In this document: piece after piece, positions 8,970-18,211 of the stretch
Position numbering within the stretch: position 1 is the first letter of the stretch
How the letters are laid out: every line of letters starts with the position of its first letter
NCBI GenBank assembly: GCA_964373415.1
Contig: CAYJUT010000001.1
Location: 1-50,892 of the forward strand
Reading direction: 5' to 3'
DNA: 50,892 bases
From: an uncultured archaeon
GTDB lineage: Archaea; Aenigmatarchaeota; Aenigmatarchaeia; GW2011-AR5
Notes under the pieces: model-generated
What the model saw: only the letters and a program-made list of their open reading frames with translations
Database searches by the model: none
What the model was told of the DNA's origin: nothing
Program-made: the position numbers and the translations under genes

Positions 8970-10012
8970 TAGACATTATTTTTGATGTGAATACTTTCAC
9001 ATCGTACTTCCTTGCAGTATTTTTTATATAAGTATGATTCCACTTGGTCCTTTCTAATTTTCTTACAGCAGCTTGTATTTCATTGTGATTTCTAAAAAAT
9101 ATACCAGTTTTGCCTTCTTTAACAGTCTCCAGAAACCCTCCCTCCATTATAGCTATTATAGGCTTGCCACTCGCATGACTTTCTATGGCTATGAGACCAA
9201 GATCTTCGTCCATATTAGCGGCTATCGTAGCCTTGCATGTCGAATAAAGATTTAATAATTCTTTATCAGAAACGTGCCCAAGAAATTTTATATTCTTACA
9301 ATTCTTAGCTAGTTTATTGAGTCTTTTCTCGTCGGGACCTGTACCAGCTATTATTAATTCCTTGTCTGGCATTTGCTTGAATGCTTCTATAAGCATGTCT
9401 ATACGCTTTAATGGGTCAAGGCGGGCTGCTGATAAATAAAAATTACCAAATCTTCTAAATTTGTATTTTTTTGTCTCTATACCAGTGTAAACAACTCTAG
9501 TTTTTTTGTAAAGTCGCGTACCGTAATATTTCCTTACGCGTTTTTTAACATTTTCAGAATTAGCGGCAATAATGTCAATGTCGTCCATGTAGGCCTTGTC
9601 TCTTGGTGTCCAATATTTTATAAATTTTTTCATTGCTGTTCTTGTAATCGTATTTGCGTTCTCTAAAAAATACTGTTTAAGGTCATATAAAATTCTCATT
9701 GGAGTATGCAAATATAATACGTTTGGATGGTGATTTTTTGCTGCAGAGATGCACCACACACCAGAGAAAATGTAGCCATCATATCCATCAAGTTTTAATT
9801 TTTCAAATTTCTTTGCTATTTGGATATTTCTATAAAGTTGTGGACCTTTGACACCCAAACTTGTGATCCTAATCCCTTTCGTATCGAATGTTTTTTCCCT
9901 GTCTATGAAGCCTGTATAAATGTCTGCATTAAGTTGCCTAGCCAAATTTATTATTAACCTTTCGCCGCCGCCTCTCTTATCGAAAGTAGTCGTGCATTAT
10001 TGCTATTTTCAC
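8953..10012 (-). pseudogene. GT4 glycosyltransferase interrupted by a 1-nt frameshift near codon 10 (or a sequencing error)
   Basis: The tracker ORF 8953-9945 starts at TTG with no N-terminal beta1/Gly loop. A second frame upstream reads (GTG at 10012) VKIAIMHDYF and then hits a stop. Skipping one nucleotide at 9982-9985 (TTTC) continues as DKRGGGERLIINLARQL.., the canonical GT4 N-terminus. An SD-like GGAGTGAT precedes the GTG. Confidence 0.7.
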
Positions 10013-10045
10013 ACTATCACTCCCTATGACCTTGCAAAATTGATC

Positions 10046-11581
10046 TCATTTTCTTCGCCTGAAGACCGCTTTGGCCGTTTTCTTGATTAAATTAGGTACA
10101 TGAAAATTCTTGGACTCTATGAATTCGATATCTTCCCTAGTAACAGATTTCGAAATTGCCGCTATGAATATAAAAATTGCCCAGCCAGCCACCAAACCTA
10201 TAAAAAATTCTTCGTACATGGACATATAAAAATAAATCTTAACCGCATACATTGTTATAGCAGATATGACAGCGCCAAAAAATACCTTTGCCATTCTGGG
10301 ATACGACAAAGATATCCTGACATATTTTTTAACGTATTTTAATCCAAGAATTGTGCCGAGAAAGAATGAAAACGTGAATGCCACAGCTGATCCCATTATA
10401 CCCGAAATTGGAACCAATATGAGATTAAGTACAAGGTTTGTAATGGCCATTGAAAACATTATCTTTGTATTAACGAATGGCTTGCCTATTCCATCAAGCG
10501 TTGTTTGGAATACAACAAACAAAGAATAGAATACCACACCTACTGAGAGTATCTTCATTGTATTAGCAGCAGGTAGAAATTCCTGGCTAAAAAGTATTTG
10601 TATTACTACCTCTGGGAATGAAAACAATAATACAGCGAATGGTATCAGCGCAAAAAGAAGCATGGATGTTATGACACGTATGCCTTTTTCTATATCTGCA
10701 AATTTCCTGCTCGAATAAAGATGGGATACAAGAGGGAACACAACAGCCGCGACGGCGCTGGAGAAAACAAGGAGAAGCTGCGTGGTAGGTAGCGCAACCT
10801 GATATAGTGCAACCTCCTCAAGTGTTCTAAAAAATGTTATAACAAGCGTATCGGTAAAGTTTATGATAATAAGTGCTATACTGCCCATGAAAACTGGTAT
10901 ACCAAACCTGAAGAGTTTTTTTGTCAGGTCAAGTGACAAATTAGACTTTGTTCTTATCATGTCTAGTTTGAAAAAACTAAAACCGAATACAATACTAGTG
11001 AATGTGGCAGCGCATAAATAAGCCCACGCAACGCCAGAAACTCCAAGCTGCGCAAATAATACAAAAAAAACTGACAAAGCAAAAGTTGATGATATTCTTA
11101 CAGGTTCTATAAGTGCGAATGTCTGTAGCTTCTGATACCCTTGAAAAACTGACTGGAAGACGGTAAAAAACATGCTTGGAATAAAACTCAGCACCATAAG
11201 TGTCAAAACAACCCCGGCATTATCAGACTTGAAAAGAATTGTTATATCATTTTGGAATAAAAGTATAATAAGGGTGAATGTCGCTATCGTAATAAGCTGG
11301 ACTACAATCGTAATTAAAACAGAAGATTTTATCTCGGTGTTTTGTTTCTTTATGATAAATTCAGGTATAAATTTTGTCAATGCCTGATTGAGACCGAGAT
11401 ATCTTACAATTGTAAAAAGCCCTACGAATGCGCTAACTGCGTAGAAAAGTCCAAAATCTTCTATTGAAAGAGATTTTGAAAGAAAAATACGTAGGGCATA
11501 CCCTATGAATATCCCAAAAATAGATAGGAAAAGCACAAAATAACTATTCTTAACCGCGTCCTTCACATATTTATTTTTCAT
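10046..11581 (-). CDS. Wzx-like oligosaccharide/polysaccharide flippase (MOP superfamily)
   Basis: Polytopic membrane protein of about 511 aa with the usual polysaccharide-biosynthesis-protein architecture. The ATG at 11581 avoids overlap with the upstream gene. Confidence 0.75.
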   Translation of the reverse strand: MKNKYVKDAVKNSYFVLFLSIFGIFIGYALRIFLSKSLSIEDFGLFYAVSAFVGLFTIVRYLGLNQALTKFIPEFIIKKQNTEIKSSVLITIVVQLITIATFTLIILLFQNDITILFKSDNAGVVLTLMVLSFIPSMFFTVFQSVFQGYQKLQTFALIEPVRISSTFALSVFFVLFAQLGVSGVAWAYLCAATFTSIVFGFSFFKLDMIRTKSNLSLDLTKKLFRFGIPVFMGSIALIIINFTDTLVITFFRTLEEVALYQVALPTTQLLLVFSSAVAAVVFPLVSHLYSSRKFADIEKGIRVITSMLLFALIPFAVLLFSFPEVVIQILFSQEFLPAANTMKILSVGVVFYSLFVVFQTTLDGIGKPFVNTKIMFSMAITNLVLNLILVPISGIMGSAVAFTFSFFLGTILGLKYVKKYVRISLSYPRMAKVFFGAVISAITMYAVKIYFYMSMYEEFFIGLVAGWAIFIFIAAISKSVTREDIEFIESKNFHVPNLIKKTAKAVFRRRK

Positions 11582-11607
11582 ACAATCGCCAGTCAAAAAG
11601 TTCGCAA

Positions 11608-12504
11608 TTAAGCCGACTTTCTCCAATAATCAAGGAGGTCCTTCATCGTCTGCCCAAAGTGTATCTGCGGTTTCCAGCCCGTCTTGTTCATGAATTTTGT
11701 ACAATCGCCTAGAAGTACCTGTACATCGCTGGGCCTCATGCGTTCTGGGTCTTTCTTAATTTCTATTTTTTTGTCCGTCATTGACAAAAGTAGTTGAAGC
11801 ATGTCACCTATTTTCCAAGTCTTGCCACTGCAGATATCATACACCTCACCGTAGTCGCATTTCTCCACGGCCAAAGCGTACGCACGAACTACGTCACGCA
11901 CGTCTGTGAAGTCCCTATTCGCATCCAAGTTTCCTACAGAAATTACGGGGTCTTTAAGTCCTTTTTCTGTCTCTGCTACCTGCTTGGCGAAATTTGAAGT
12001 TGAAAAAACATCACCACGTCGAGGTCCTTCATGATTAAATGCACGTGTTATTATTGTCTTGATTCCATAGCTCTTATGATATTGGTATGCAAGCATATCC
12101 TCTGCAACTTTGCTTACACCGTAAGGACTTAGCGGCCTTAGCTGGTTTGTTTCTTTTATTGGTGTTTCTCCGGGTAATACTAGGCCATACTCCTCGCTGC
12201 TGCCAGCTATTATATTTGTTGATAAAGTTTCCTGTGGTGCATGAAAAGAGGTATGTACAAAAGACTGCGTCGCGAGATGAAATATAGCATCTGGCTCTAC
12301 AGAACTTATTGTCTTTTCAATGCTGTAAGAATCCCTTATGTTAGTCTCTATTAACTTGATTTTATTCTTAATTTGGCCTATGTTATCTAACCGACTTCGC
12401 CAGCGCATAGTCCAATAGACTTCATCGCCCCGATCCACGAGATGTCCTGCCAAGTGCGATCCGACAAATCCTGTTACGCCAGTTATAAGAACTCTCATAT
12501 TCAC
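11608..12504 (-). CDS. GDP-mannose/heptose 4,6-dehydratase-like SDR carrying an internal 20-aa deletion
   Basis: It has TGVTGFVGSH and the SPYGVSK (YxxxK) motif. It is a paralog of 30563-31519 but lacks GTLNLLESIRRSKIDTVIQI. Confidence 0.75.
   Translation of the reverse strand: MNMRVLITGVTGFVGSHLAGHLVDRGDEVYWTMRWRSRLDNIGQIKNKIKLIETNIRDSYSIEKTISSVEPDAIFHLATQSFVHTSFHAPQETLSTNIIAGSSEEYGLVLPGETPIKETNQLRPLSPYGVSKVAEDMLAYQYHKSYGIKTIITRAFNHEGPRRGDVFSTSNFAKQVAETEKGLKDPVISVGNLDANRDFTDVRDVVRAYALAVEKCDYGEVYDICSGKTWKIGDMLQLLLSMTDKKIEIKKDPERMRPSDVQVLLGDCTKFMNKTGWKPQIHFGQTMKDLLDYWRKSA
12137..12210. repeat. 74-nt tract identical to 31095-31168 (gene-conversion patch)
   Basis: I compared the two tracts base by base and they match exactly, while the flanking sequence of the two paralogs is much more diverged. 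Confidence 0.9.
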
Positions 12505-13586
12505 AAACCTACTTTGTCAAGATATTTATAAGACTTATAAACTCTTATGGCTACCTTTTCTTTTTTGTAATTTGTAGATTGTCTGATGGCTTTTTTTGAC
12601 ATTTTTCTTCTCAAATTGGTGTCTTCAATCAATCTAATTATCGAGGTTTTCATGGCAGACCAGTCCCCATAATCGACCAATATACCTCCTTTACCAACCG
12701 TCTCGGGTACGGCTCCAACTTTTGTTGACACAACTGGAGTACCGCACATAGCCGCCTCCGCAAGAACGCATCCGAATGATTCGTAGTATGTAGGGGAAAC
12801 CACTATGTCAGCCATATTGTATAATTTTGCAAGAGTTGTAGAAGATTGTTCTACAAAAAATTTGAAATTCTTGCCGCTCTTAGACTTGAGTTCTTTGTAC
12901 ATTGTGCCACCGCCTATGAAAAAGAATTCCAGATTATTATATTCCTTTTCCAGCTGTTTGAATATATCGAAAGCCACGCCGGCACCTTTCCAAGGCAGGA
13001 AAGAGCCAACATAAGCTATGGTAATTTTTGGTCGTTGGTGCCTTTCTGGATAAAAAATATCATTATTAACAGGTGGTGGTATGACCTCAACTTTACGCGG
13101 TTTATATTTTTGCATCTGAACTTTTTCATTTTTATTGAAAACCATAAGCTTGTCGGAATTACTTATAAGTTTTTTACCATACGTCATGTCATAGAAATAA
13201 AAGAGGGATTTTTTTATTATAGAATATATTGGAGGGTGATAGGCTGGCGTGAGGACATGTGGCGAAGATACAGTTTTCGCTGCATTCAATCCGGCAATGG
13301 CAGGATAAAATCCGTAATGAAATGAGTGAACCAAGTCTGGCTTGGAATTTACAATCATATTGCTTGCCTCAGAAGAATAAGCAAAATGGTTATTAGAATA
13401 ATTAAATCTTTCCACCCTTATACCATTTTTAGTTTCTGTTTTTTGGAGGCCCTTATAGTGAGGTGAAAATACTGTCACATCAGAATCATATTTCAGAAGC
13501 TCTTTACCAAGTAAATAAACAACATTTGATATGCCTGACCGCCACTCGTAGGGTCTGAAAGAAGTTGTTACGAATACTATTTTCAT
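12501..13586 (-). CDS. GT4 glycosyltransferase
   Basis: It has the C-terminal E-x7-E region ESFGCVLAEAAMCGTPVV. Both gene junctions overlap as ATGA. Confidence 0.85.
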   Translation of the reverse strand: MKIVFVTTSFRPYEWRSGISNVVYLLGKELLKYDSDVTVFSPHYKGLQKTETKNGIRVERFNYSNNHFAYSSEASNMIVNSKPDLVHSFHYGFYPAIAGLNAAKTVSSPHVLTPAYHPPIYSIIKKSLFYFYDMTYGKKLISNSDKLMVFNKNEKVQMQKYKPRKVEVIPPPVNNDIFYPERHQRPKITIAYVGSFLPWKGAGVAFDIFKQLEKEYNNLEFFFIGGGTMYKELKSKSGKNFKFFVEQSSTTLAKLYNMADIVVSPTYYESFGCVLAEAAMCGTPVVSTKVGAVPETVGKGGILVDYGDWSAMKTSIIRLIEDTNLRRKMSKKAIRQSTNYKKEKVAIRVYKSYKYLDKVGL

Positions 13587-14488
13587 TTTCTCATCATTTC
13601 CATGTAAATTTTATTGTAGTTTTCTATGACCTTCTTCCAGTCATATTTAGATGCTATCCTAACGGCTCTTTTACCGGATAAGTAGAACAGACCACCATGC
13701 TCAGAAAGAACTATATCATCCATTTCCTTTTTGTTACTAATTACATCCAAACCGCATGCCATTGCCTCTAGAACAACAAGAGGACAACCATTATAATTAC
13801 TGAAATAAATGATGCCTTTTGATTTGTTGTAAAAACTCGGCATGAGTTTGTTCGGAACTCTTCCGGCGTACGTCACATTCGCTGTGTTTTTCCCTTCCAG
13901 TCCTATGACAAGAAGCTTTTTCTTATATTTATGTACATAATTTATTGCGTTGTCAAGTCCCCTGAGACTTGGATTGGTACCTACCCATATCAGATCGTAT
14001 ATTTTTTTAGTTTTCATGGGATGGAATTTCTTCGTGTCAACGCCAAGTATTATAACAGTAGAATCTATTCCGTAGAGTCTTTTGAACTCGTTTCTTATCC
14101 AATTAGACATCGTTACGACTCTGTCAGCCCTTTTTAGTGTATACGCTTGGAGATGTAGATATATTTTTGCCGTAATTTTCTCGTAAAGAGTTTTTGGTGG
14201 CAAAACCTTATAATAGTGATTTGTTACGCCATAATAACATGCCAATAATTTTTTCTTCCTGAGGAATTTTGGTAATCTTGCATACATATAGCATGCGTTG
14301 TCATGAGAGCAAATAAGATCGTAATTTGAAAATATAAGGCGTAAAGCCATAATAATACCGCTAATTAGGGAAAACCCCCCGGAACCCTTCAAATGCTTGA
14401 CATCATAGTGTCCCTTTACATTATTCACTATTGTTTCCACACCGCCCTCTGTATCCGGATTGCTAGTTAATACATGGCATATTTTCAT
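13583..14488 (-). CDS. GT4-like glycosyltransferase
   Basis: The sequences GCPLVVLEAMACGLDVIS and the N-terminus MKICHVLT..GGVE are present. Confidence 0.7.
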   Translation of the reverse strand: MKICHVLTSNPDTEGGVETIVNNVKGHYDVKHLKGSGGFSLISGIIMALRLIFSNYDLICSHDNACYMYARLPKFLRKKKLLACYYGVTNHYYKVLPPKTLYEKITAKIYLHLQAYTLKRADRVVTMSNWIRNEFKRLYGIDSTVIILGVDTKKFHPMKTKKIYDLIWVGTNPSLRGLDNAINYVHKYKKKLLVIGLEGKNTANVTYAGRVPNKLMPSFYNKSKGIIYFSNYNGCPLVVLEAMACGLDVISNKKEMDDIVLSEHGGLFYLSGKRAVRIASKYDWKKVIENYNKIYMEMMRK

Positions 14489-14609
14489 ACAATCACCAGA
14501 AAATCGTCAATTAGAGGACTAGTTATTCTACGTATTTAAATGTTTTTACTAAGTTGTATTAAAAATTTTGTACCATAATGGATTAACCATTAACTATTGG
14601 GGTGTTAGA

Positions 14610-15551
14610 ATGGATATCATAGTAACTGGTGGATGTGGATTCGTAGGCAGCCATGTGGTAGAGCAATTAATAGAAAAAGGGTATAAGGTAGGTGTTATAG
14701 GGTTCTCTTGTCATTTAGAAAATCTAGAAGATATAAAGAACGAAGTAAAATTTGTACGTGCCGACATAAACGACAAGGAAAAGGTAGGGTCGATTATTAA
14801 AGATGTTGAGGGAGTCCTTCATCTTGCAGGATTGGTAAATGTTGATCAGTCATTAAGCGATCCGGAATCATTTATCCGCACAAATGTAATAGGTACATTC
14901 AATGTAATGGAAGCTGTTAGGAAAAATTCTATAGAAAAACTGCTTTACATGAGTACTTGTGAAGTTTATGGCAACATACCAAAAGGTAAGGCTGATGAGA
15001 ACCATCCAACAAATCCATGCTCGCCTTATGCGGCTAGCAAATTTTCTGCAGAAAGATACCTATTATCTTATTCGTACAGCTATCCTGAACAGAATATAGT
15101 TATAGTAAGGGGGTTCAACCAATATGGACCAAGACAAAGTGCGGGGACTGGTGGTGCAGTTATACCTAAATTTATTACAAAAATCCTTTCCAATCAAAAA
15201 ATAAAGGTATTCGGAGATGGTAAGCAGATGAGGGATTATGTTTTTGTTAAGGACACTGTAAGAGGGATCGTATCAGCTTTTGAAAAGAATTTACCTACAG
15301 GTGAAGTTATTAATCTTGGCACGGGTATCGAGACGTCCATTATAGATATAGCAAACAAACTGTGTGAGATCTCTGGCAAAAATAAAGAAGACTATATAGA
15401 ATTTGTGTCGTCAAGACCCGGTGAGCTAATAAGAAGCTGTGGCGATTCTTCAAAGGCAAAAAATTTACTTAACTGGGAACCGAAAGTAAAATTCAATGAT
15501 GGTTTAAAAACGACTTTTGAATTTTATGAACATAAGACAAAAACAAAATGA
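14610..15551 (+). CDS. NDP-sugar 4,6-dehydratase/decarboxylase-like SDR
   Basis: It carries GGCGFVGSH, STCEVYG and YAASK. A GGGGTG SD lies 6 nt upstream of the ATG at 14610. Confidence 0.85.
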   Translation: MDIIVTGGCGFVGSHVVEQLIEKGYKVGVIGFSCHLENLEDIKNEVKFVRADINDKEKVGSIIKDVEGVLHLAGLVNVDQSLSDPESFIRTNVIGTFNVMEAVRKNSIEKLLYMSTCEVYGNIPKGKADENHPTNPCSPYAASKFSAERYLLSYSYSYPEQNIVIVRGFNQYGPRQSAGTGGAVIPKFITKILSNQKIKVFGDGKQMRDYVFVKDTVRGIVSAFEKNLPTGEVINLGTGIETSIIDIANKLCEISGKNKEDYIEFVSSRPGELIRSCGDSSKAKNLLNWEPKVKFNDGLKTTFEFYEHKTKTK

Positions 15552-15561
15552 AATGCCCTTA

Positions 15562-15659
15562 AAACCTGCGACTAACTCAAGTTGAGCTCTGCTCAACTTG
15601 AGTCGCCAAAAGACTTCTTTAGAAGTCTTTAGAAGTCTTTTGTACGAAGTCGCAGGTTT
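15562..15659. other. Nested hairpin element in a convergent intergenic region
   Basis: A 12-bp outer stem pairs AAACCTGCGACT (15562-15573) with AGTCGCAGGTTT (15648-15659). It encloses a perfect 13-bp hairpin (15575-15587 / 15591-15603) and the AAAGACTTCT/AGAAGTCTTT hairpin with AGAAGTCTTT duplicated in tandem. Confidence 0.6.
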
Positions 15660-15692
15660 CTTTGAGCATTTCTTTCGAAGTCTTCCCCTCAT

Positions 15693-15718
15693 CCGCTGGC
15701 TAAAGCCAGCGGTTTTCT
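15693..15718 (+). terminator. Possible intrinsic-type terminator hairpin
   Basis: The hairpin CCGCTGGC-TAAA-GCCAGCGG is followed by TTTTCT and lies downstream of the 14610-15551 gene. Confidence 0.35.
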
Positions 15719-15739
15719 GAATACTTCAAAATAAATATC

Positions 15740-17206
15740 CTATATATTCTGTGTGGTTGGTTCTATAACAAGCCTAGATGGTTGTTTTGATGGGTCTCTT
15801 TTTATTTTGTTGAATATGTATCGCCCAGGTCCTGGTGTTAAAACTATTTTTTTGAGTGCTCCCTCAACCTTTTCATTACCCGTCACTTTCCACGCAACAA
15901 AGCCCAATTCCTTCCCTAATTTCATTTCAAGAACTTTCTTTCTGTAAAAATCGTGCGCTACATCATACGCCTTCATGCGCTCTTCTGCTGTGAAGTTTTC
16001 TGTCTCAAAAACAGGTTTGTTCTTCCAGTGGGCAACATTGTACAAAAACGTTTCTTTATCCATAACAAATCTCCCATTCTGCTCGGCCCACTTGTACATT
16101 TCAGTGCCAGGATAAGGTACCATGTTGTAAAATGATACATGATCAACAGGCAGTTCCTGTGCTATCTTTAACGAATCCAGAAAATCCTCATAAGTTTCTT
16201 CCGGTGTGCCTATTATGAAAGTAGCGCCGACACCAAGCCCGACTTCTTTCGCCATTTTGATGGAATTTATTATAACGTCTATCTTTTCGCCTTTTTTCAT
16301 CGCGGCGAGCATCTTGTTGTTTCCGCCCTCGACACCGAATGAAACGTATATGCATCCCGCGTCTTTCATTTTCTGCAGAAGCTCCTTTGTAAGTCTGTCG
16401 GCACGTATTCCGTTGTCGCATTTCCAAGTTATTTTCAGTCCGCGCTCTATTATAAGATCGCATATTTTTTCTGCTCTTTTCATATCAAGAGTAAAGTTAT
16501 CATCATCTACTTCAAAACTCCTCCAACCTTTTTTGTACCAGTGCTCTATTTCATCAACAACATTTTCCGGACTTCTAGCACGAAATTTCAGTCCCATGCT
16601 AAGCCTTATTGAACAGAAAACGCACTGGTAAGGACATCCTCGGGATGTAATAATTGGCAAATGTCTTTCAGGATAACCAAGATATTTCTTCAGTTCAAAT
16701 CCTTCATAGTCCGGCAGCGGCAAATCGTCGAGATTGCTATCAAAAGGTCTTTCTGCATTTACAACTATTTTGTCTTCGTCGCGCCATATAAGGCCGAGTA
16801 TCTCGCTGGATGGCTTGCCCTGACATAACTCAAGCATCGGGAATTCGCCCTCTGCAAGAACGCCGAAATCTGCTAGGGTATCTACAAGCGACTGTTCCTT
16901 CAATGCGGCTACGTGAGGTCCGCCAATAACGACTTTGTAAGAATCGCTGTGCAATTTGATTCTGTTTATTGTCTCTTGTGACCTGTTGAATCCGAAACTG
17001 TAAATTGTTATACCAACGAATTGTGGTTTGAATTCGTCTAGCATCTCAAATACTTCTTCGTGTGAGTATCCTAGTCGCATGTCCATTATTTTCGTCTCTA
17101 TGCCATGCTGCTTCAGTACGGCAGATATGTAGGCTATGCCTGTATGCGGCACCTGAGCGCTGAAATAATCGCCGACACTGGCTGGAATAACAAAAGCTAT
17201 CTTCAT
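15740..17206 (-). CDS. B12-binding-domain radical SAM enzyme (intein-free paralog of 32506-34272)
   Basis: It has an N-terminal Rossmann-like domain (MKIAFVIP..), the motif SRGCPYQCVFC, and GVEGG and IIGTPEET. Its C-terminus is closely similar to the intein-bearing paralog. Confidence 0.9.
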   Translation of the reverse strand: MKIAFVIPASVGDYFSAQVPHTGIAYISAVLKQHGIETKIMDMRLGYSHEEVFEMLDEFKPQFVGITIYSFGFNRSQETINRIKLHSDSYKVVIGGPHVAALKEQSLVDTLADFGVLAEGEFPMLELCQGKPSSEILGLIWRDEDKIVVNAERPFDSNLDDLPLPDYEGFELKKYLGYPERHLPIITSRGCPYQCVFCSIRLSMGLKFRARSPENVVDEIEHWYKKGWRSFEVDDDNFTLDMKRAEKICDLIIERGLKITWKCDNGIRADRLTKELLQKMKDAGCIYVSFGVEGGNNKMLAAMKKGEKIDVIINSIKMAKEVGLGVGATFIIGTPEETYEDFLDSLKIAQELPVDHVSFYNMVPYPGTEMYKWAEQNGRFVMDKETFLYNVAHWKNKPVFETENFTAEERMKAYDVAHDFYRKKVLEMKLGKELGFVAWKVTGNEKVEGALKKIVLTPGPGRYIFNKIKRDPSKQPSRLVIEPTTQNI

Positions 17207-17286
17207 GAGTAACACTGTTACCATGTTACTTTTTCGTTTATTTATGCTTTTAGAAGGCTAGTACAATTTTCGTAATGTTCGTAATT

Positions 17287-17697
17287 TTACCTGTTTAATG
17301 TGTCGTACCACTTGCTTTTCCTGAGGTTTTCCAGTATCCTTTCATCTGCGTTTCTGATTGCGGCTGCCTTTACAGAGTCGTTTTCGTTAGAAAAAGAAGG
17401 TATGAGATGTACGTGAGTGTGATTTATCTTGTGGTTATCATGGCCGTATCGAGTTTCTATCTTCACGCCATCAGAATTTACTGCATCCCTTATTGCCTGA
17501 CACAAATATGAGACCAATGTGAAAAAACGCCTAACATCAGGGACGTCTGTGACAAATTCCGAATGCTCTTTGGGTATTACAACACAATGTCCGTTGTGCA
17601 TAGGTTCTCTGGCCGTAAATGCCATATAATCCTCGTCCTCATATACTATGCGTTGTGGCTCTATATTCGCAGAGTAATTGCAAAATTCGCACGACAT
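17287..17697 (-). CDS. HIT (histidine triad) family protein
   Basis: The histidine triad HTHVHLIP is present. The probable start is MSCEFC at 17697. Confidence 0.8.
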   Translation of the reverse strand: MSCEFCNYSANIEPQRIVYEDEDYMAFTAREPMHNGHCVVIPKEHSEFVTDVPDVRRFFTLVSYLCQAIRDAVNSDGVKIETRYGHDNHKINHTHVHLIPSFSNENDSVKAAAIRNADERILENLRKSKWYDTLNR

Positions 17698-17823
17698 TGT
17701 GTTATATCTTACAATAAAGTTTAAAACATGATCCGTGTGTTCACACCAGATCTTATTTGAATTCTTTTGTATGCTCAGAGACAAGTATAAAAATCTAACC
17801 TACAAGTAAAGAGAGTGATAGCT

Positions 17824-18207
17824 ATGGATGAATTTCATATTAAAAAACCTGAAATAGACAATGCTGAAATCGTAGAATGCCCTAAGGCTGGCGACGAGGT
17901 AATGGATCCTGTTGGTTATTTTCTCATAAGGGTTAACAATAAAGACCTTGAAGCGGGTCTTTGTGATTACGATAAAGTAAATGTAATAAAAAGAGTGTGG
18001 AAAGGGCAAAAACCACAGGATGTTTATCAGAAAATTATCGCTGATATGCCAGAAATTATGAGAGAACATTGCTCTTATCTGGCAAAGGAACTGACAAGAG
18101 CCTGGATTTGCATGAAACTTGGTGTTAAGTATGTTCAGGATGGGAAGATGGACGGGACTTTTCCAGAAATTGAGTGGCTGAATAAGAAAGATAATGTACC
18201 TGTATAG
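17824..18207 (+). CDS. Hypothetical protein (possibly DUF4346-like)
   Basis: 127-aa ORF containing DPVGYFLI..HCSYLAKEL..YVQDG. The family assignment is from memory only. Confidence 0.45.
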   Translation: MDEFHIKKPEIDNAEIVECPKAGDEVMDPVGYFLIRVNNKDLEAGLCDYDKVNVIKRVWKGQKPQDVYQKIIADMPEIMREHCSYLAKELTRAWICMKLGVKYVQDGKMDGTFPEIEWLNKKDNVPV

Positions 18208-18211
18208 AAAT

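Noticed and set aside
15651-15661. The 11-nt match CGCAGGTTTCT shared between the 15.6-kb spacer and the IS200-like end (42989-42999). It could link the two as REP-like copies.
   Set aside because: The match is too short and the surrounding stems are not homologous. Without a genome-wide count this could be chance.
15504-15692. 62-aa ORF inside the hairpin-rich spacer.
   Set aside because: It is made almost entirely of palindromic sequence and has no start context. The nested hairpins explain it better.
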